Source of the DNA: an uncultured Gammaproteobacteria bacterium
GTDB taxonomy: Bacteria > Pseudomonadota > Gammaproteobacteria > Pseudomonadales > Pseudohongiellaceae
Direction of reading: 5' to 3'
DNA: 64,000 bases
NCBI GenBank assembly: GCA_913061515.1
Contig: CAJXSF010000010.1
Location: 5,808 to 69,807, forward strand
Shown here in pieces: positions 9,707-19,500 of this stretch. The number at the start of each line of letters is the position of its first letter. Position 1 is the first letter of the stretch. The notes beneath the pieces are model-generated. The model did no database searches. It was not told where the DNA came from and saw only the letters and a program-made list of their open reading frames with translations. Position numbers and translations under genes: made by a program.

Positions 9707-10911
9707 GTGCAGCTTATTACCAATACCAAGCTTACGATGCTCAGGGCAATGTGCAGACCGGTCAGGTCAATGCAGAGTCTGAGCGAGAAGCGCTTAAAAT
9801 CTTACAGGGCAAGAAGCTTATTCCTGTGAAGATTTCGCGTGCCGGTCAAGATGGTAAGCGTGGAATTACTAGTCGGCGTATTAAGAACAGTGACCTGCTC
9901 GACTTCACTACCGGTCTTTGCACTTTGGTCGAAGCCCGGGTGCCTTTAGATAAAGCCTTACGACTGCTGGAAGGCATCACCGAGTCTGCCGCGATGCGAC
10001 AACTGGTGATCACGATGCGCAGAGATGTCAAAGAAGGCAGAAGTCTTGCCGAATCGATGGAAGCTAGGCCTGATGTGTTCTCTAAGATGTATATCAATAT
10101 TGTGCGCGCCGGAGAAGAAGGCGGCATTTTGCACCAACTGCTCCCAGATCTAGCAGACTTTCTCGAAACTAACGCTAAGAATCGTCAAGCCATCATTGCG
10201 GCGATGGTCTACCCTATCGTGCTTCTGGTGACTGGCATTATTTCGGTGTTTCTGTTGCTCGCTTTCGTGGTGCCACAATTCGCGATTATGTTTGAAGACG
10301 CGGGGACTGAGATTCCCGCCTCTGCTGCTTTTTTACTTGCGTTAAGTGAGGGCGTGCAGAGTTATGGCTATTTGGTGATTGTCTTTGTCCTTGGTTTTAT
10401 TGCGTGGTGGAAATGGTTAGATCAAGACCCTGGTCGCAAATTGCAAAAAGATGAATTTTTACTAAGAGTCCCTTTGCTTGGGGCTTTGTTGCTCTACAAA
10501 GATTGCGCCGTCTTCGCTAGAACGCTAGGGGCATTGTTAGTTGCAGGCATCCCATTGATTCGGGCGTTGCGAGTATCGCGTGAAGTTGTCAGTAATACCG
10601 ACATCGCACAGCATTTAGAGCAGGTCGAAGACGACGTGCGCTCCGGTGCTGGTTTGGGAATCTCACTAGAGAAAACCAATCGCTTTCCGACGCTATTGCA
10701 TCAACTGGTGACAGTCGGTGAAGAGTCTGGCCGTACCGGGAGTATTTTATTAAAAACAGCGGCGAGTTTTGATACTTATGTAAAGAATCAAATGTCGAGT
10801 CTCGTTTCGGCCTTGCAGCCGGCCTTAATCCTTTTTCTTGGTATCGCGGTGGGTGGTATTACCATCACGATGCTTTCGGCGGTATTCAGTATGAATGCCG
10901 TAGATTTCTAA
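9703..10911 (+). CDS. gspF: Type II secretion inner-membrane platform protein GspF
   Basis: Duplicated GspF/PilC cytoplasmic domains and three TM segments. ATGA start/stop overlap with gspE at 9703-9706. Confidence 0.9.
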   Translation: MSAAYYQYQAYDAQGNVQTGQVNAESEREALKILQGKKLIPVKISRAGQDGKRGITSRRIKNSDLLDFTTGLCTLVEARVPLDKALRLLEGITESAAMRQLVITMRRDVKEGRSLAESMEARPDVFSKMYINIVRAGEEGGILHQLLPDLADFLETNAKNRQAIIAAMVYPIVLLVTGIISVFLLLAFVVPQFAIMFEDAGTEIPASAAFLLALSEGVQSYGYLVIVFVLGFIAWWKWLDQDPGRKLQKDEFLLRVPLLGALLLYKDCAVFARTLGALLVAGIPLIRALRVSREVVSNTDIAQHLEQVEDDVRSGAGLGISLEKTNRFPTLLHQLVTVGEESGRTGSILLKTAASFDTYVKNQMSSLVSALQPALILFLGIAVGGITITMLSAVFSMNAVDF

Positions 10912-10932
10912 TATTTGCACCGGAGTGATACT

Positions 10933-13065
10933 GTGAATGTAATAAGACCATTGGCACTTCTTAGTTTAGCAATCGCGCTAGCCTCATGCGCCAATACGCC
11001 CAATAGCAACACGAGTGGCTCCGTTCAGAATTCGGCTAGCAGCGCGCGCGCAGGGAGTAACGAAACGACTGCATCGACCAGTGCGTCAACAATGGCGATA
11101 GAGGCAACGAATGAGGCTCAACAAAGCCAACTGATTTCTGAGATCAATCGCAGCGGGGCAAGCGCTATTCCTGCTTACACCGATACTCGCCCTACTCCGG
11201 TCAATGCAGCGCCAGATAATGTTGTCGAGTTAAATTACGAGCAGGCTGATTTGCGGGTGATACTAGAAGAATTAGCGGACGCATTAGACCTAAGCATCAT
11301 CATCGATCCAAGCATCGACGATCGAGTGAGTATTCGTACATCGGCAAACCGTCCACTCACCCAAAGTGATATTTGGCCGTTAGTGAGGCTGTTGACTCGT
11401 CAGGCCGGTATTAGCTTAGAGCGTTCTGGCAATATCTATTATGCTCGCCGCCAACAAAGCACAATCCCTGTTGAGATCACCACGCCCGCAACAAGCGCTA
11501 ACGCTATTGCAAGCGTGATCATGCAGATCACACCATTGACGTATATCTCTATAGAGTCTGCAATTGAAATTCTGACCCCGTTAGTGGGCAGCGATGGCAC
11601 AGTGGTGAGAGTCTCTAACAATAATACCTTGGCGATTACCGCTACATCTTCACAGCTAAGTCGCATCAATGAATTGTTAGAAATAGTAGATGCGGACCCC
11701 TTTCAGAACCAAGGCCTGCATCTGTATCCGCTCACTTATGCCAGTGCAGCCGACTTGGCCACAGAGCTTGCAGAAATTTTGCAGCTTATAGAAGGTCAAA
11801 ACCCGTCTTATCAGGTCAAAGGTCTAGAGCGCATCAATGCCCTGCTCGTTACCGCGCCAGCAAGTCGAGGCTTCGAGGAAATAACACGCTGGGTGAAGCT
11901 TTTGGATGCTGACAGCCAAGAGCAAGCCGAACAATTATTTCATTATCGCGTGAAGAATTTAACGGCGCTGGAGCTGGCAGACACCTTGACGAGGGTGTTT
12001 GAGATCGACGAGGACGATGAAAATCTGCGTCGCCCTAATCAGAATAATCTTACTGAGACGGTTGAAGTGGTGACCCCAGAAGGCGATACCATAAGCCGTA
12101 CGGTGCCTGCTGCGCAAAACGCCTCGGTTGGCGGTGACAGTCCACAAGTTGTTTCTGCCGACTTGAAAGTGAATATTGTTGCAGACGAAGCGACGAATAG
12201 TTTGTTGATCCGTGCAAACCCAAGGGACTATCGCCAACTACTGGCCACGATTAGTCAATTAGACGCGGTTCCTTTGCAAGTGATGATCAACGCGGTGATC
12301 GCCCAAGTCACGTTGACAGATGAAACCCGTTTTGGCGTAGATTGGTCGCGCATTGCAGACAACGCCATCACAAACGATATTTCTACCACAAGCAACACCA
12401 GCTTTCTTCCTGCCAGCGGTCTTGGCGGCTTATTGTTCACAAAATCCTTTGTCGATGGTGCGGCGCGCGTTGAAGCCACTCTAGAGGCCATCGCCTCTAA
12501 TAATGAGGTGAACCTATTAGCACGACCATCGTTAACTGTTATTAATAATATGGAAGGCGAGATCAAAATCGGCTCTCGTGTGCCTGTGCAATCTGGCTCG
12601 ACCACCACACAAACCGGCGACAACATCATTAGCAATATTCAGTATCTAGACACGGGGATTGAATTGCTAATTACGCCACGGATCAATGATGATGGCGTGG
12701 TGAATATGACAATCTCGCAAGGGCTCTCGTCAATCCAAGAGGCTGCGGGGATTGAAGGAAACCCCATTTTCGACAATCAAGAAATTACCACTAGCATCGT
12801 CGTGCGCGATGGTGAAAACGTTGTTCTGGGTGGGTTGATACAATCGTCGAATTCGGATTTAAACACCGGTGTGCCAGGGCTAAATCGTATACCGGTAGTG
12901 GGTAAGCTTTTCTCTTATCAGCAAGACAGTGAAGAGCGCAAAGAATTGTTCATCGTTTTACGCCCAGAGATCATCGACCTAAATGACATCAACAGCGTGC
13001 AATATCAGGAGATATTGAGTCGCTTCGAATTGGCCGTTGAGATGTTTGAAGAGGCAGGGCTTTAG
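10933..13065 (+). CDS. gspD: Secretin GspD family, predicted lipoprotein (liposecretin)
   Basis: GTG 10933 follows GGAG. Lipobox LALAS-C (Cys codon 10987-10989), an S/T/N/A-rich linker, an N0-like segment (VVELNYEQADLRVILEEL) and a C-terminal secretin domain (LLARPSLTVINNMEGEIKIG, VPGLNRIPVVGKLF). Confidence 0.9.
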   Translation: MNVIRPLALLSLAIALASCANTPNSNTSGSVQNSASSARAGSNETTASTSASTMAIEATNEAQQSQLISEINRSGASAIPAYTDTRPTPVNAAPDNVVELNYEQADLRVILEELADALDLSIIIDPSIDDRVSIRTSANRPLTQSDIWPLVRLLTRQAGISLERSGNIYYARRQQSTIPVEITTPATSANAIASVIMQITPLTYISIESAIEILTPLVGSDGTVVRVSNNNTLAITATSSQLSRINELLEIVDADPFQNQGLHLYPLTYASAADLATELAEILQLIEGQNPSYQVKGLERINALLVTAPASRGFEEITRWVKLLDADSQEQAEQLFHYRVKNLTALELADTLTRVFEIDEDDENLRRPNQNNLTETVEVVTPEGDTISRTVPAAQNASVGGDSPQVVSADLKVNIVADEATNSLLIRANPRDYRQLLATISQLDAVPLQVMINAVIAQVTLTDETRFGVDWSRIADNAITNDISTTSNTSFLPASGLGGLLFTKSFVDGAARVEATLEAIASNNEVNLLARPSLTVINNMEGEIKIGSRVPVQSGSTTTQTGDNIISNIQYLDTGIELLITPRINDDGVVNMTISQGLSSIQEAAGIEGNPIFDNQEITTSIVVRDGENVVLGGLIQSSNSDLNTGVPGLNRIPVVGKLFSYQQDSEERKELFIVLRPEIIDLNDINSVQYQEILSRFELAVEMFEEAGL

Positions 13066-13088
13066 TCAATAACAGATAAGGAGACAAC

Positions 13089-13496
13089 ATGAATCTATCA
13101 ACACAAGTGCGTCAGCAGCGCGGGTTTACCATTATCGAATTATTAATCGTGATGGCGATTCTAGGAATGTTGGCGGTTATGGTCGCGCCAAACCTATTCA
13201 ATAAAGCAGATGGTGCACGTCATGATGCAGCGCTGTCGCAAATCTCTGCGATCGGGTCTGCCTTAGCGACGCACCGTTTAGACGTAGGGCAATATCCAGA
13301 TGAACTAGAAGGCTTGATGGAGAATACTACGGGGCGCTCGACTTGGGATGGCCCGTACTTGAACAAAGAAGTGCCTGTCGACCCTTGGGGCAATGAATAT
13401 CAATATAGCTCTAATGGCAGCAGTTACACGCTTATCTCCTACGGGGCTGATGGACGGGCTGGCGGTGAGGGCAATGACGCCGACGTCAGCAATTAG
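13089..13496 (+). CDS. gspG: Major pseudopilin GspG
   Basis: Prepilin leader and GFTIIELLIVMAILG. GspG-type C-terminus DPWGNEYQY...YGADGRAGGEGNDADV (Ca-binding loop). Confidence 0.93.
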   Translation: MNLSTQVRQQRGFTIIELLIVMAILGMLAVMVAPNLFNKADGARHDAALSQISAIGSALATHRLDVGQYPDELEGLMENTTGRSTWDGPYLNKEVPVDPWGNEYQYSSNGSSYTLISYGADGRAGGEGNDADVSN

Positions 13497-13971
13497 TCGC
13501 AAGCATCGCGGGTTTACACTCCTTGAGCTGATGATTGTCTTGGCAATCTTGGCGATGGGCAGCGCGCTGTTGATTCCTAATCTAGGGGGCATGAGTGGGC
13601 GCACCTTTAATGCGCAAGTGCGTGAAGCGACGGCCCTGCTTAATTATACTCGCCGCAACGCAGTGGTCCTAGGGCAACCCGCGACTGCGAGTTTTTACGC
13701 CAGCAATAATGATGAAGACGAGCAAAGCGAAATCGAAGCGGCTCGCTCTGACTTAGGTCGCGATGACACATGGACGGCCAGAGGTCTTGAGCTATATTAC
13801 CGCGATAGCACGGACCAAACGGTACTCGTCGAAGACAACATAGAAGTAACGTTCTTTCCTGAAGGCGGTAGCACTGGCGGGGCATTGGTGCTTAGCCTAG
13901 AAGAGCGCGAAGCAATAATTACTATAGACCCATTTTCTGGCAAAGTACGGGCGGAGATTTTAGATGATTAA
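13474..13971 (+). CDS. gspH: Minor pseudopilin GspH-like
   Basis: RGFTLLELMIVLAILAMG prepilin N-terminus. I chose the start at ATG 13474 (overlaps the gspG 3' end); the track start 13393 is deep inside gspG. Confidence 0.7.
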   Translation: MTPTSAISRKHRGFTLLELMIVLAILAMGSALLIPNLGGMSGRTFNAQVREATALLNYTRRNAVVLGQPATASFYASNNDEDEQSEIEAARSDLGRDDTWTARGLELYYRDSTDQTVLVEDNIEVTFFPEGGSTGGALVLSLEEREAIITIDPFSGKVRAEILDD

Positions 13972-14341
13972 GTCTCGTCAACAAGGCTTTACCTTGCTCG
14001 AGGTGATCGTTGCTCTAACGATTACGGCGATGGTGTTGGGAAGTTTGTTTTCTTTAGCTGCCGGTAGTAAACAACTCGCGTTTCGTTCTGATCAAAGTTT
14101 GCAGCTTGCAGTGCAGGCGCGCGCCGCCGTTAATTTTGCCCTACTCGAAGATGAATACTCCGAAGTGGAGCCCGCTATAGATAACGAGCGTTTCGATATC
14201 CGCGCTGAAGATTATCTAGACCCTGTACACCGCAAAACAGAACCTTTCTCATACAAACTTCAACACTATGCAGTGATCGATGAGCGCACTGACGAACGCA
14301 TCGAAGGGACGCGTTGGGTGCGTCTTGAGTTGGCGGAGTAG
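13964..14341 (+). CDS. gspI: Minor pseudopilin GspI-like
   Basis: MIKSRQQGFTLLEVIVALTI prepilin N-terminus, about 125 aa, in the expected order. Overlaps the gspH stop. Confidence 0.7.
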   Translation: MIKSRQQGFTLLEVIVALTITAMVLGSLFSLAAGSKQLAFRSDQSLQLAVQARAAVNFALLEDEYSEVEPAIDNERFDIRAEDYLDPVHRKTEPFSYKLQHYAVIDERTDERIEGTRWVRLELAE

Positions 14342-14347
14342 CGGCTA

Positions 14348-15046
14348 ATGGCTATCGCTAAACATCAAGCTGGCTTTACACTAATCGAAATCATTCTGGC
14401 CTTGGCGCTCACCGCAATGCTATTGAGTCTTTTAAGCACCGGTATGTATAGTGTGATGAATGACTGGGAGCGCGATACGCAATCGCTCGATGAGAGCCTC
14501 GATGAAACAGTGGCCATTTTGCAAATTGAGCGGGCTCTACAAGGGGCCTTTGCGCACAGTTACAGGGACATGGAAAATTTAGCCCGCTATGTCTATTTTG
14601 AAGGCGAGCGTGAAACGCTAACTTGGGTGTCGACTGTTTCCCCGCAAAGAAGTGGCGGCCTAATGGCATGGTTCTTAGACTCGAATAATGAAGAGGGTGT
14701 GTCGTTGCGCCTAGCCGCAGCGGCTAGCGATAATCCTTCACAGCGCTTAGAGAATGCCGAGCCACGAATTCTGCTGCCTAACTACACGGCCACTTTCGCC
14801 TATCTGTATGAAGAGCTAGATTTCAGCAAACAATGGCGCGACGATTGGCGTGCAACAGAAACAATGACGCTGCCGCTTGCTGTGCATGTACGCCTGACAC
14901 CTATTGATGCAGACTCAGGTAGAGAAGAGCTCGATATCATCGCAAGAATCAGAGCTAACACCCATCGCTCTTTACGCCCTGCATTTGGCGGCAACCCTTC
15001 ACTAACTTCCGGTTCGTCTCTTAGCCCGCAAATAGGGGGTCAGTGA
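14348..15046 (+). CDS. gspJ: Minor pseudopilin GspJ-like
   Basis: QAGFTLIEIILALAL prepilin N-terminus, about 230 aa, in the expected order. Confidence 0.7.
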   Translation: MAIAKHQAGFTLIEIILALALTAMLLSLLSTGMYSVMNDWERDTQSLDESLDETVAILQIERALQGAFAHSYRDMENLARYVYFEGERETLTWVSTVSPQRSGGLMAWFLDSNNEEGVSLRLAAAASDNPSQRLENAEPRILLPNYTATFAYLYEELDFSKQWRDDWRATETMTLPLAVHVRLTPIDADSGREELDIIARIRANTHRSLRPAFGGNPSLTSGSSLSPQIGGQ

Positions 15047-15047
15047 T

Positions 15048-16073
15048 ATGCGTAGGCAACAAGGTTCAGTGATCATCATTGTGCTATGGACGTCCGTACT
15101 GTTAACAGTGTTAGTGACTGTAATGGCGGGCAAGGTGCAACTCTCTGCAAAAACTGCGTTTCATAACGCCTCTGCCGTGGCGGCAATGGCCAGTACTAAT
15201 TCGGCCATGTACAAAGCCGAAATGGAGCTGATCCTAGAAAAAATGACAGCCCCTATCGATAAAGAAATCGAAGTAGATGAAGACGGCAATTCGCGCATCG
15301 ATGCCTACCGCTTCAATGGCCAAGCCCTGTCGCTTTTTAACCCATTAGACGAAGATATGATCGTGCGCATCTACGATCATGCCGGCAAGATCAATCTCAA
15401 TGGCATGTCTCAGCAGAACCTTCGCCTATTGATTGAAAATAGAATGGGTGAAGATGTCGATGTTGATCGCGTACAAGAATTATTAATGGCTTGGGTGGAT
15501 TGGTTTGACTTGAACGATGCCGCCAATATCAATGGGGCGGACACAGACTATTATGAGTCCTTAGACCCACCCTACTCTCCGCGTAATTATTCTGAGTTAG
15601 ACAGCGTCGAGGAGATTCGCTTGATTCGCGGTTTCGATGAACTGTTCAAAGACGTGAACTTAGAGGCAGCGTTTACCGTTTATGGCAGTACGAGCAGAGT
15701 AAATCTTAATGTCGCAACCCGAGAGGCGATGCAGTTGTTGCCAGGATTGGATGATGAGCTTATAGAAGAGATTATCGCCTACCGGGAGCGCAAAGATTTT
15801 CGGAGCCAATCAGACGTTGGCAATATCGTTCCTTTAGATAGTTTTGTGGAGCTGTCCAATTGGATTGGCACCAATACCTCTAGCTATTACTCTGTCTTTG
15901 CATACCCGAAGGCAGAGCTCACTGATGAAGAGCTTGCCAGTGGGCAAGACCCAGTAAAGCAGGCCTATATGGAAATTGTAGAAGTGCGGGGGCCAAGAGA
16001 TCGTGCGCGGGTCTATAAAGTAGACCCTTACGGGCGCTTACCCGACACCTCGCCTGCAAGAGTCGAGGACTAG
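15048..16073 (+). CDS. gspK: Minor pseudopilin GspK-like
   Basis: N-terminus MRRQQGSVIIIVLWTSVLL lacks the +5 Glu, as is typical of GspK. About 340 aa, last pseudopilin position. Confidence 0.75.
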   Translation: MRRQQGSVIIIVLWTSVLLTVLVTVMAGKVQLSAKTAFHNASAVAAMASTNSAMYKAEMELILEKMTAPIDKEIEVDEDGNSRIDAYRFNGQALSLFNPLDEDMIVRIYDHAGKINLNGMSQQNLRLLIENRMGEDVDVDRVQELLMAWVDWFDLNDAANINGADTDYYESLDPPYSPRNYSELDSVEEIRLIRGFDELFKDVNLEAAFTVYGSTSRVNLNVATREAMQLLPGLDDELIEEIIAYRERKDFRSQSDVGNIVPLDSFVELSNWIGTNTSSYYSVFAYPKAELTDEELASGQDPVKQAYMEIVEVRGPRDRARVYKVDPYGRLPDTSPARVED

Positions 16074-17266
16074 GGTCTTTGAATATCCCAATCGACGCGC
16101 ATGACAACTGAGCCAACCCCTTTATTGGGTTTGACTTGAATAAGCTTGCTCAACTTGGTTTCGTACCAAAGCAAGCCGCTCTCCTCTGCTACCCCGCCAA
16201 TCACATAGAACTCGCCTACACGCATCGAGATGGCATTGACGCGTATACGCGCGGTGATGATCTCACCCTTTTTAAAGGGGCCCTTAGGCACGTCGTCACG
16301 GTCGGTCGTTAGGTAAGCGGACATAATTTCATCGAGGGTGCGCATGATGGCGAAGCCGAAATTACACATTAGATTGTCTTTGCGAATCTCGATTTTCGAC
16401 TCTAGGATAATATCGCTTAGGGGCTCGACCTCTTCGATCTCTTCGCCATCGAGATTCTTCACTACGGTGTACAACACGCGGCAGTCTTTAATATTGCGAT
16501 CGTCGACTGTGTTGATATCAGGCGCTTCATGGGGCTCAACGTTCTTGCTGTTGCAGTAATCCTCGTACCGTGCCACAACGTGATGGCTCTCGCCAATCTC
16601 GCGGATACGGCCTTTCTCTAACCAGATTGCCGTGTCACACAGCTCTTGCACGTGGTACATCGAATGGCTACAGAAAATCATGGTTTTATTCTGTTTGCGA
16701 AACTCATTCATGCGCTCGACGCATTTCTTTTGAAACGCGATGTCACCAACGGAAAGAGCCTCGTCGATTACCAATACATCAGGGTTTACCATTGTGGCAA
16801 TGGAGAATGCCAAGCGCACATACATGCCAGAGGAATACGTTTTTACAGGGCGATCGATGAAGTCGCCAAGTTCAGAAAACGCGATGATCTCTTTTTCTAA
16901 GCCTGCAATATCGGCATCGGGAACACCAAGCAATGCGGCATTGAGGTAGATGTTGCGCCGCCCTGTAAACTCAGGATGAAAGCCGGCCCCTAATTCAAGA
17001 AGCGCGGCAACCTGGCCCTTTATCGAAATGCTGCCCGAGCTTGGCTGCAAGGTGCCGACTAAGAGTTTCATTAAAGTGGACTTGCCAGCGCCGTTGTCGC
17101 CAATAATGCCAAGGCTACGCCCTTCTAGCACTGAGAAAGAAATATCTTGTAAGACATGAAAATTCTTATGCCGTGGCTTGCGCAGCAATAGTTCCAACAA
17201 CCGGTCTTGTGGGCGGTCGTAGATCCTAAAATCTTTGTGTACGTTCTCTACTGAAATGCTGTGCAT
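16070..17266 (-). CDS. wzt: O-antigen/polysaccharide ABC exporter ATP-binding protein (Wzt-like) with extra C-terminal domain
   Basis: Walker A GDNGAGKSTLMKLL, signature YSSGMYVRLAFS and Walker B LVIDEAL. About 150 extra C-terminal residues, as in glycan-cap-binding Wzt proteins. Confidence 0.85.
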   Translation of the reverse strand: MHSISVENVHKDFRIYDRPQDRLLELLLRKPRHKNFHVLQDISFSVLEGRSLGIIGDNGAGKSTLMKLLVGTLQPSSGSISIKGQVAALLELGAGFHPEFTGRRNIYLNAALLGVPDADIAGLEKEIIAFSELGDFIDRPVKTYSSGMYVRLAFSIATMVNPDVLVIDEALSVGDIAFQKKCVERMNEFRKQNKTMIFCSHSMYHVQELCDTAIWLEKGRIREIGESHHVVARYEDYCNSKNVEPHEAPDINTVDDRNIKDCRVLYTVVKNLDGEEIEEVEPLSDIILESKIEIRKDNLMCNFGFAIMRTLDEIMSAYLTTDRDDVPKGPFKKGEIITARIRVNAISMRVGEFYVIGGVAEESGLLWYETKLSKLIQVKPNKGVGSVVMRVDWDIQRP

Positions 17267-17285
17267 TGCTTTAGATCTCTAACAT

Positions 17286-18089
17286 TTACAACACGTCCCC
17301 GAAGGCGTGTCGAATACGCATAAACACCCAGCCACCGATGCAGTAAGTTAAAAGTGACACAGGAACAATAATTTGAAAGCTCGTCATATCGAAAGTGCCA
17401 AGTAGCACTAGATTTCGATACATCTCAACAAAGCTATGCATGGGGTTAAGCAGCAATAAAGGCTGATACTCAACGGGAATCAAAGAGATTGGGTAAACGA
17501 TAGGCGTTAGGAAAAACCAAGCGGTAAGCGTGAGTGACACGATCTGCTGAATATCGCGCAGAAAGACACAGAAGGCTGAAAGGATTGCCACTAACCCCAT
17601 CGTGAACAAGAATTGGAAAAAGAAGACAATAGGCAAGAGCAGCCAGAGGCTATTGAAATAACCTTGCGTGCTCAAATAGACCAAGAACAGCGACAAGGCA
17701 ATGCCGTGGATCATATAAGGCACGATTGTGCCTACGCCTGGGATGATCTGCACCGGGAACATCACCTTGGTAATCAATGGGGCTTTCTCTAACAATAAGC
17801 CGCTGGCCCGCCCCATGGCATCGCCAAAGGCAAACCAAGGCAGGTAGCCCATCATCATGAAGACAACGAATGGGGTGTTGCCATACTCCACTGGCATTGG
17901 TGCGCGAAACACCACGCTGAATACAAAGGAGTAGATAAGAATATTGACAATAGGCGTGATGAACAACCACACCATGCCCCCGAAGGAGCCTGCAAACTGC
18001 CCCGTAAAATCTTGGCGCACAAAATTATGAAAGAGCCGGTAATGAACAATGGGGGCAAACAGCCACTGACGAAGCAGAGAGAAAAACAT
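17286..18089 (-). CDS. wzm: ABC-2 type polysaccharide exporter permease (Wzm-like)
   Basis: About 267 aa with six predicted TM helices, immediately upstream of wzt. Confidence 0.85.
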   Translation of the reverse strand: MFFSLLRQWLFAPIVHYRLFHNFVRQDFTGQFAGSFGGMVWLFITPIVNILIYSFVFSVVFRAPMPVEYGNTPFVVFMMMGYLPWFAFGDAMGRASGLLLEKAPLITKVMFPVQIIPGVGTIVPYMIHGIALSLFLVYLSTQGYFNSLWLLLPIVFFFQFLFTMGLVAILSAFCVFLRDIQQIVSLTLTAWFFLTPIVYPISLIPVEYQPLLLLNPMHSFVEMYRNLVLLGTFDMTSFQIIVPVSLLTYCIGGWVFMRIRHAFGDVL

Positions 18090-18126
18090 TCGGGGATCCA
18101 GACTTCCTATTGAAAGTGGCGTCTAA

Positions 18127-19500
18127 TTAATTCTGCGGAGCAACTAACCAATCGCCCACTTCGGACAGGTCTTCGGCACTGAGTGTGCCCGCTTCGCGCT
18201 TAAGAAGCAGATTGTATCGAATGTGGTCGTATCTTGCGCGTTGTAAATCACGTTCTGCACGAAAGCGTGCGCCCAAAGCGTTCAATACATCGACACTTGT
18301 CACTGTGCCAAGCTCAAAACCACGTTGCTGCGCCGTGTACGAAAGCGCGGTGGACTCGGCGAGACGTTCGGCTGCGCGCACCCGCAGCTCGCTGGCTTTG
18401 ACTTGCAAATAGGCGGTACGCGTACGCTCAATGATTTCTAATTCGATTTGGCGCAGTTCATTTTCGGCGATGCGGTGTTGGCTGCGCGCTTCGCTTACGC
18501 CAGCTTTACTACGGCCGCTGGTAAAGATGGGGATTTGTACGTCAACGCCGATGTAGTCTGTGGTTGTGCGGTTGGCCTGCAAGGCGTTGTCAAAACCAAT
18601 ATTCGAATCCTGCTTGTTTAAGATCAAAGAGACGCGAGGCATATAGGCGCCTTTGCTTTCAGAGATACGTTTGTCGGCAGCCTGCACGGCAAACTCTCGG
18701 GCCAGTATCTGATGGTTTCCGCTACGTGCGCGCTCTAACCATGATTCAATGCTGCCCTCTAAGGCGGGAATATCGATTTCTTCATCAAGGCGGTAGAGTT
18801 CGCCAACAGTAACGCCAGACACGGCGCGCAGTTGCTCTTTCGCAATGGCTAGCTCACTCTCTAAATTTAACTGTTCGGCTTGCACGGCGGCCTGTCTGGC
18901 CTGCACTTCATACAAATCGGTGATTTGCACAGCTTGCAGATTGTACAGGCTTTCGACTTGCGCAAGCTGGCGATTGACCGCATCTAGCTCCGCCGTCACT
19001 GAAGTCACGGCGTCTTGAGCCTGTAGAACAGCGAAATATTTCTCAGCCACATCGGTAAGCACAAAGGCCAGCTGCCCGAAGTACTCCGCCTCGGATTGCT
19101 CCTCTATCAAATAGGCTCTGCCGCGGGCATTAAAGGCCTGCCAATTAAACAATACTTGGGTGAGCTGTAAGGAATAGCGCTCACCGCGATACTTTGTGGT
19201 TTGATTGATTGCATCTTGGGTTTGCGTGTTATCTGATACGCTAGCGTTTGCATTGACCTGTGGCATTAGCTGCCCATTCGCTGCTCGTTTTCTTGCAGAG
19301 CTGATATTCAAGCGCTCTCGCGATATTCGCAGCTCAGGGCTGTAGTCCAATGCCGAGGTAAAGAAATCCTCTAGCGTGCTGCCTTGCACAATAATGCGCG
19401 TCACGGCTTGCTCTTCAAGCTCCGCTGCCATCATTGGCGTAAGCAGGCTTGCGCCAAGGCTTAGAGTAAGGGCTAGAATAATTAATCGCTTCATAGACAT
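18127..19500 (-). CDS. TolC-family type I secretion outer-membrane factor
   Basis: Signal peptide and two-repeat OMF architecture with long coiled helices. ATG 19498-19500 overlaps the hlyD-like stop by 1 nt. Confidence 0.85.
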   Translation of the reverse strand: MSMKRLIILALTLSLGASLLTPMMAAELEEQAVTRIIVQGSTLEDFFTSALDYSPELRISRERLNISSARKRAANGQLMPQVNANASVSDNTQTQDAINQTTKYRGERYSLQLTQVLFNWQAFNARGRAYLIEEQSEAEYFGQLAFVLTDVAEKYFAVLQAQDAVTSVTAELDAVNRQLAQVESLYNLQAVQITDLYEVQARQAAVQAEQLNLESELAIAKEQLRAVSGVTVGELYRLDEEIDIPALEGSIESWLERARSGNHQILAREFAVQAADKRISESKGAYMPRVSLILNKQDSNIGFDNALQANRTTTDYIGVDVQIPIFTSGRSKAGVSEARSQHRIAENELRQIELEIIERTRTAYLQVKASELRVRAAERLAESTALSYTAQQRGFELGTVTSVDVLNALGARFRAERDLQRARYDHIRYNLLLKREAGTLSAEDLSEVGDWLVAPQN

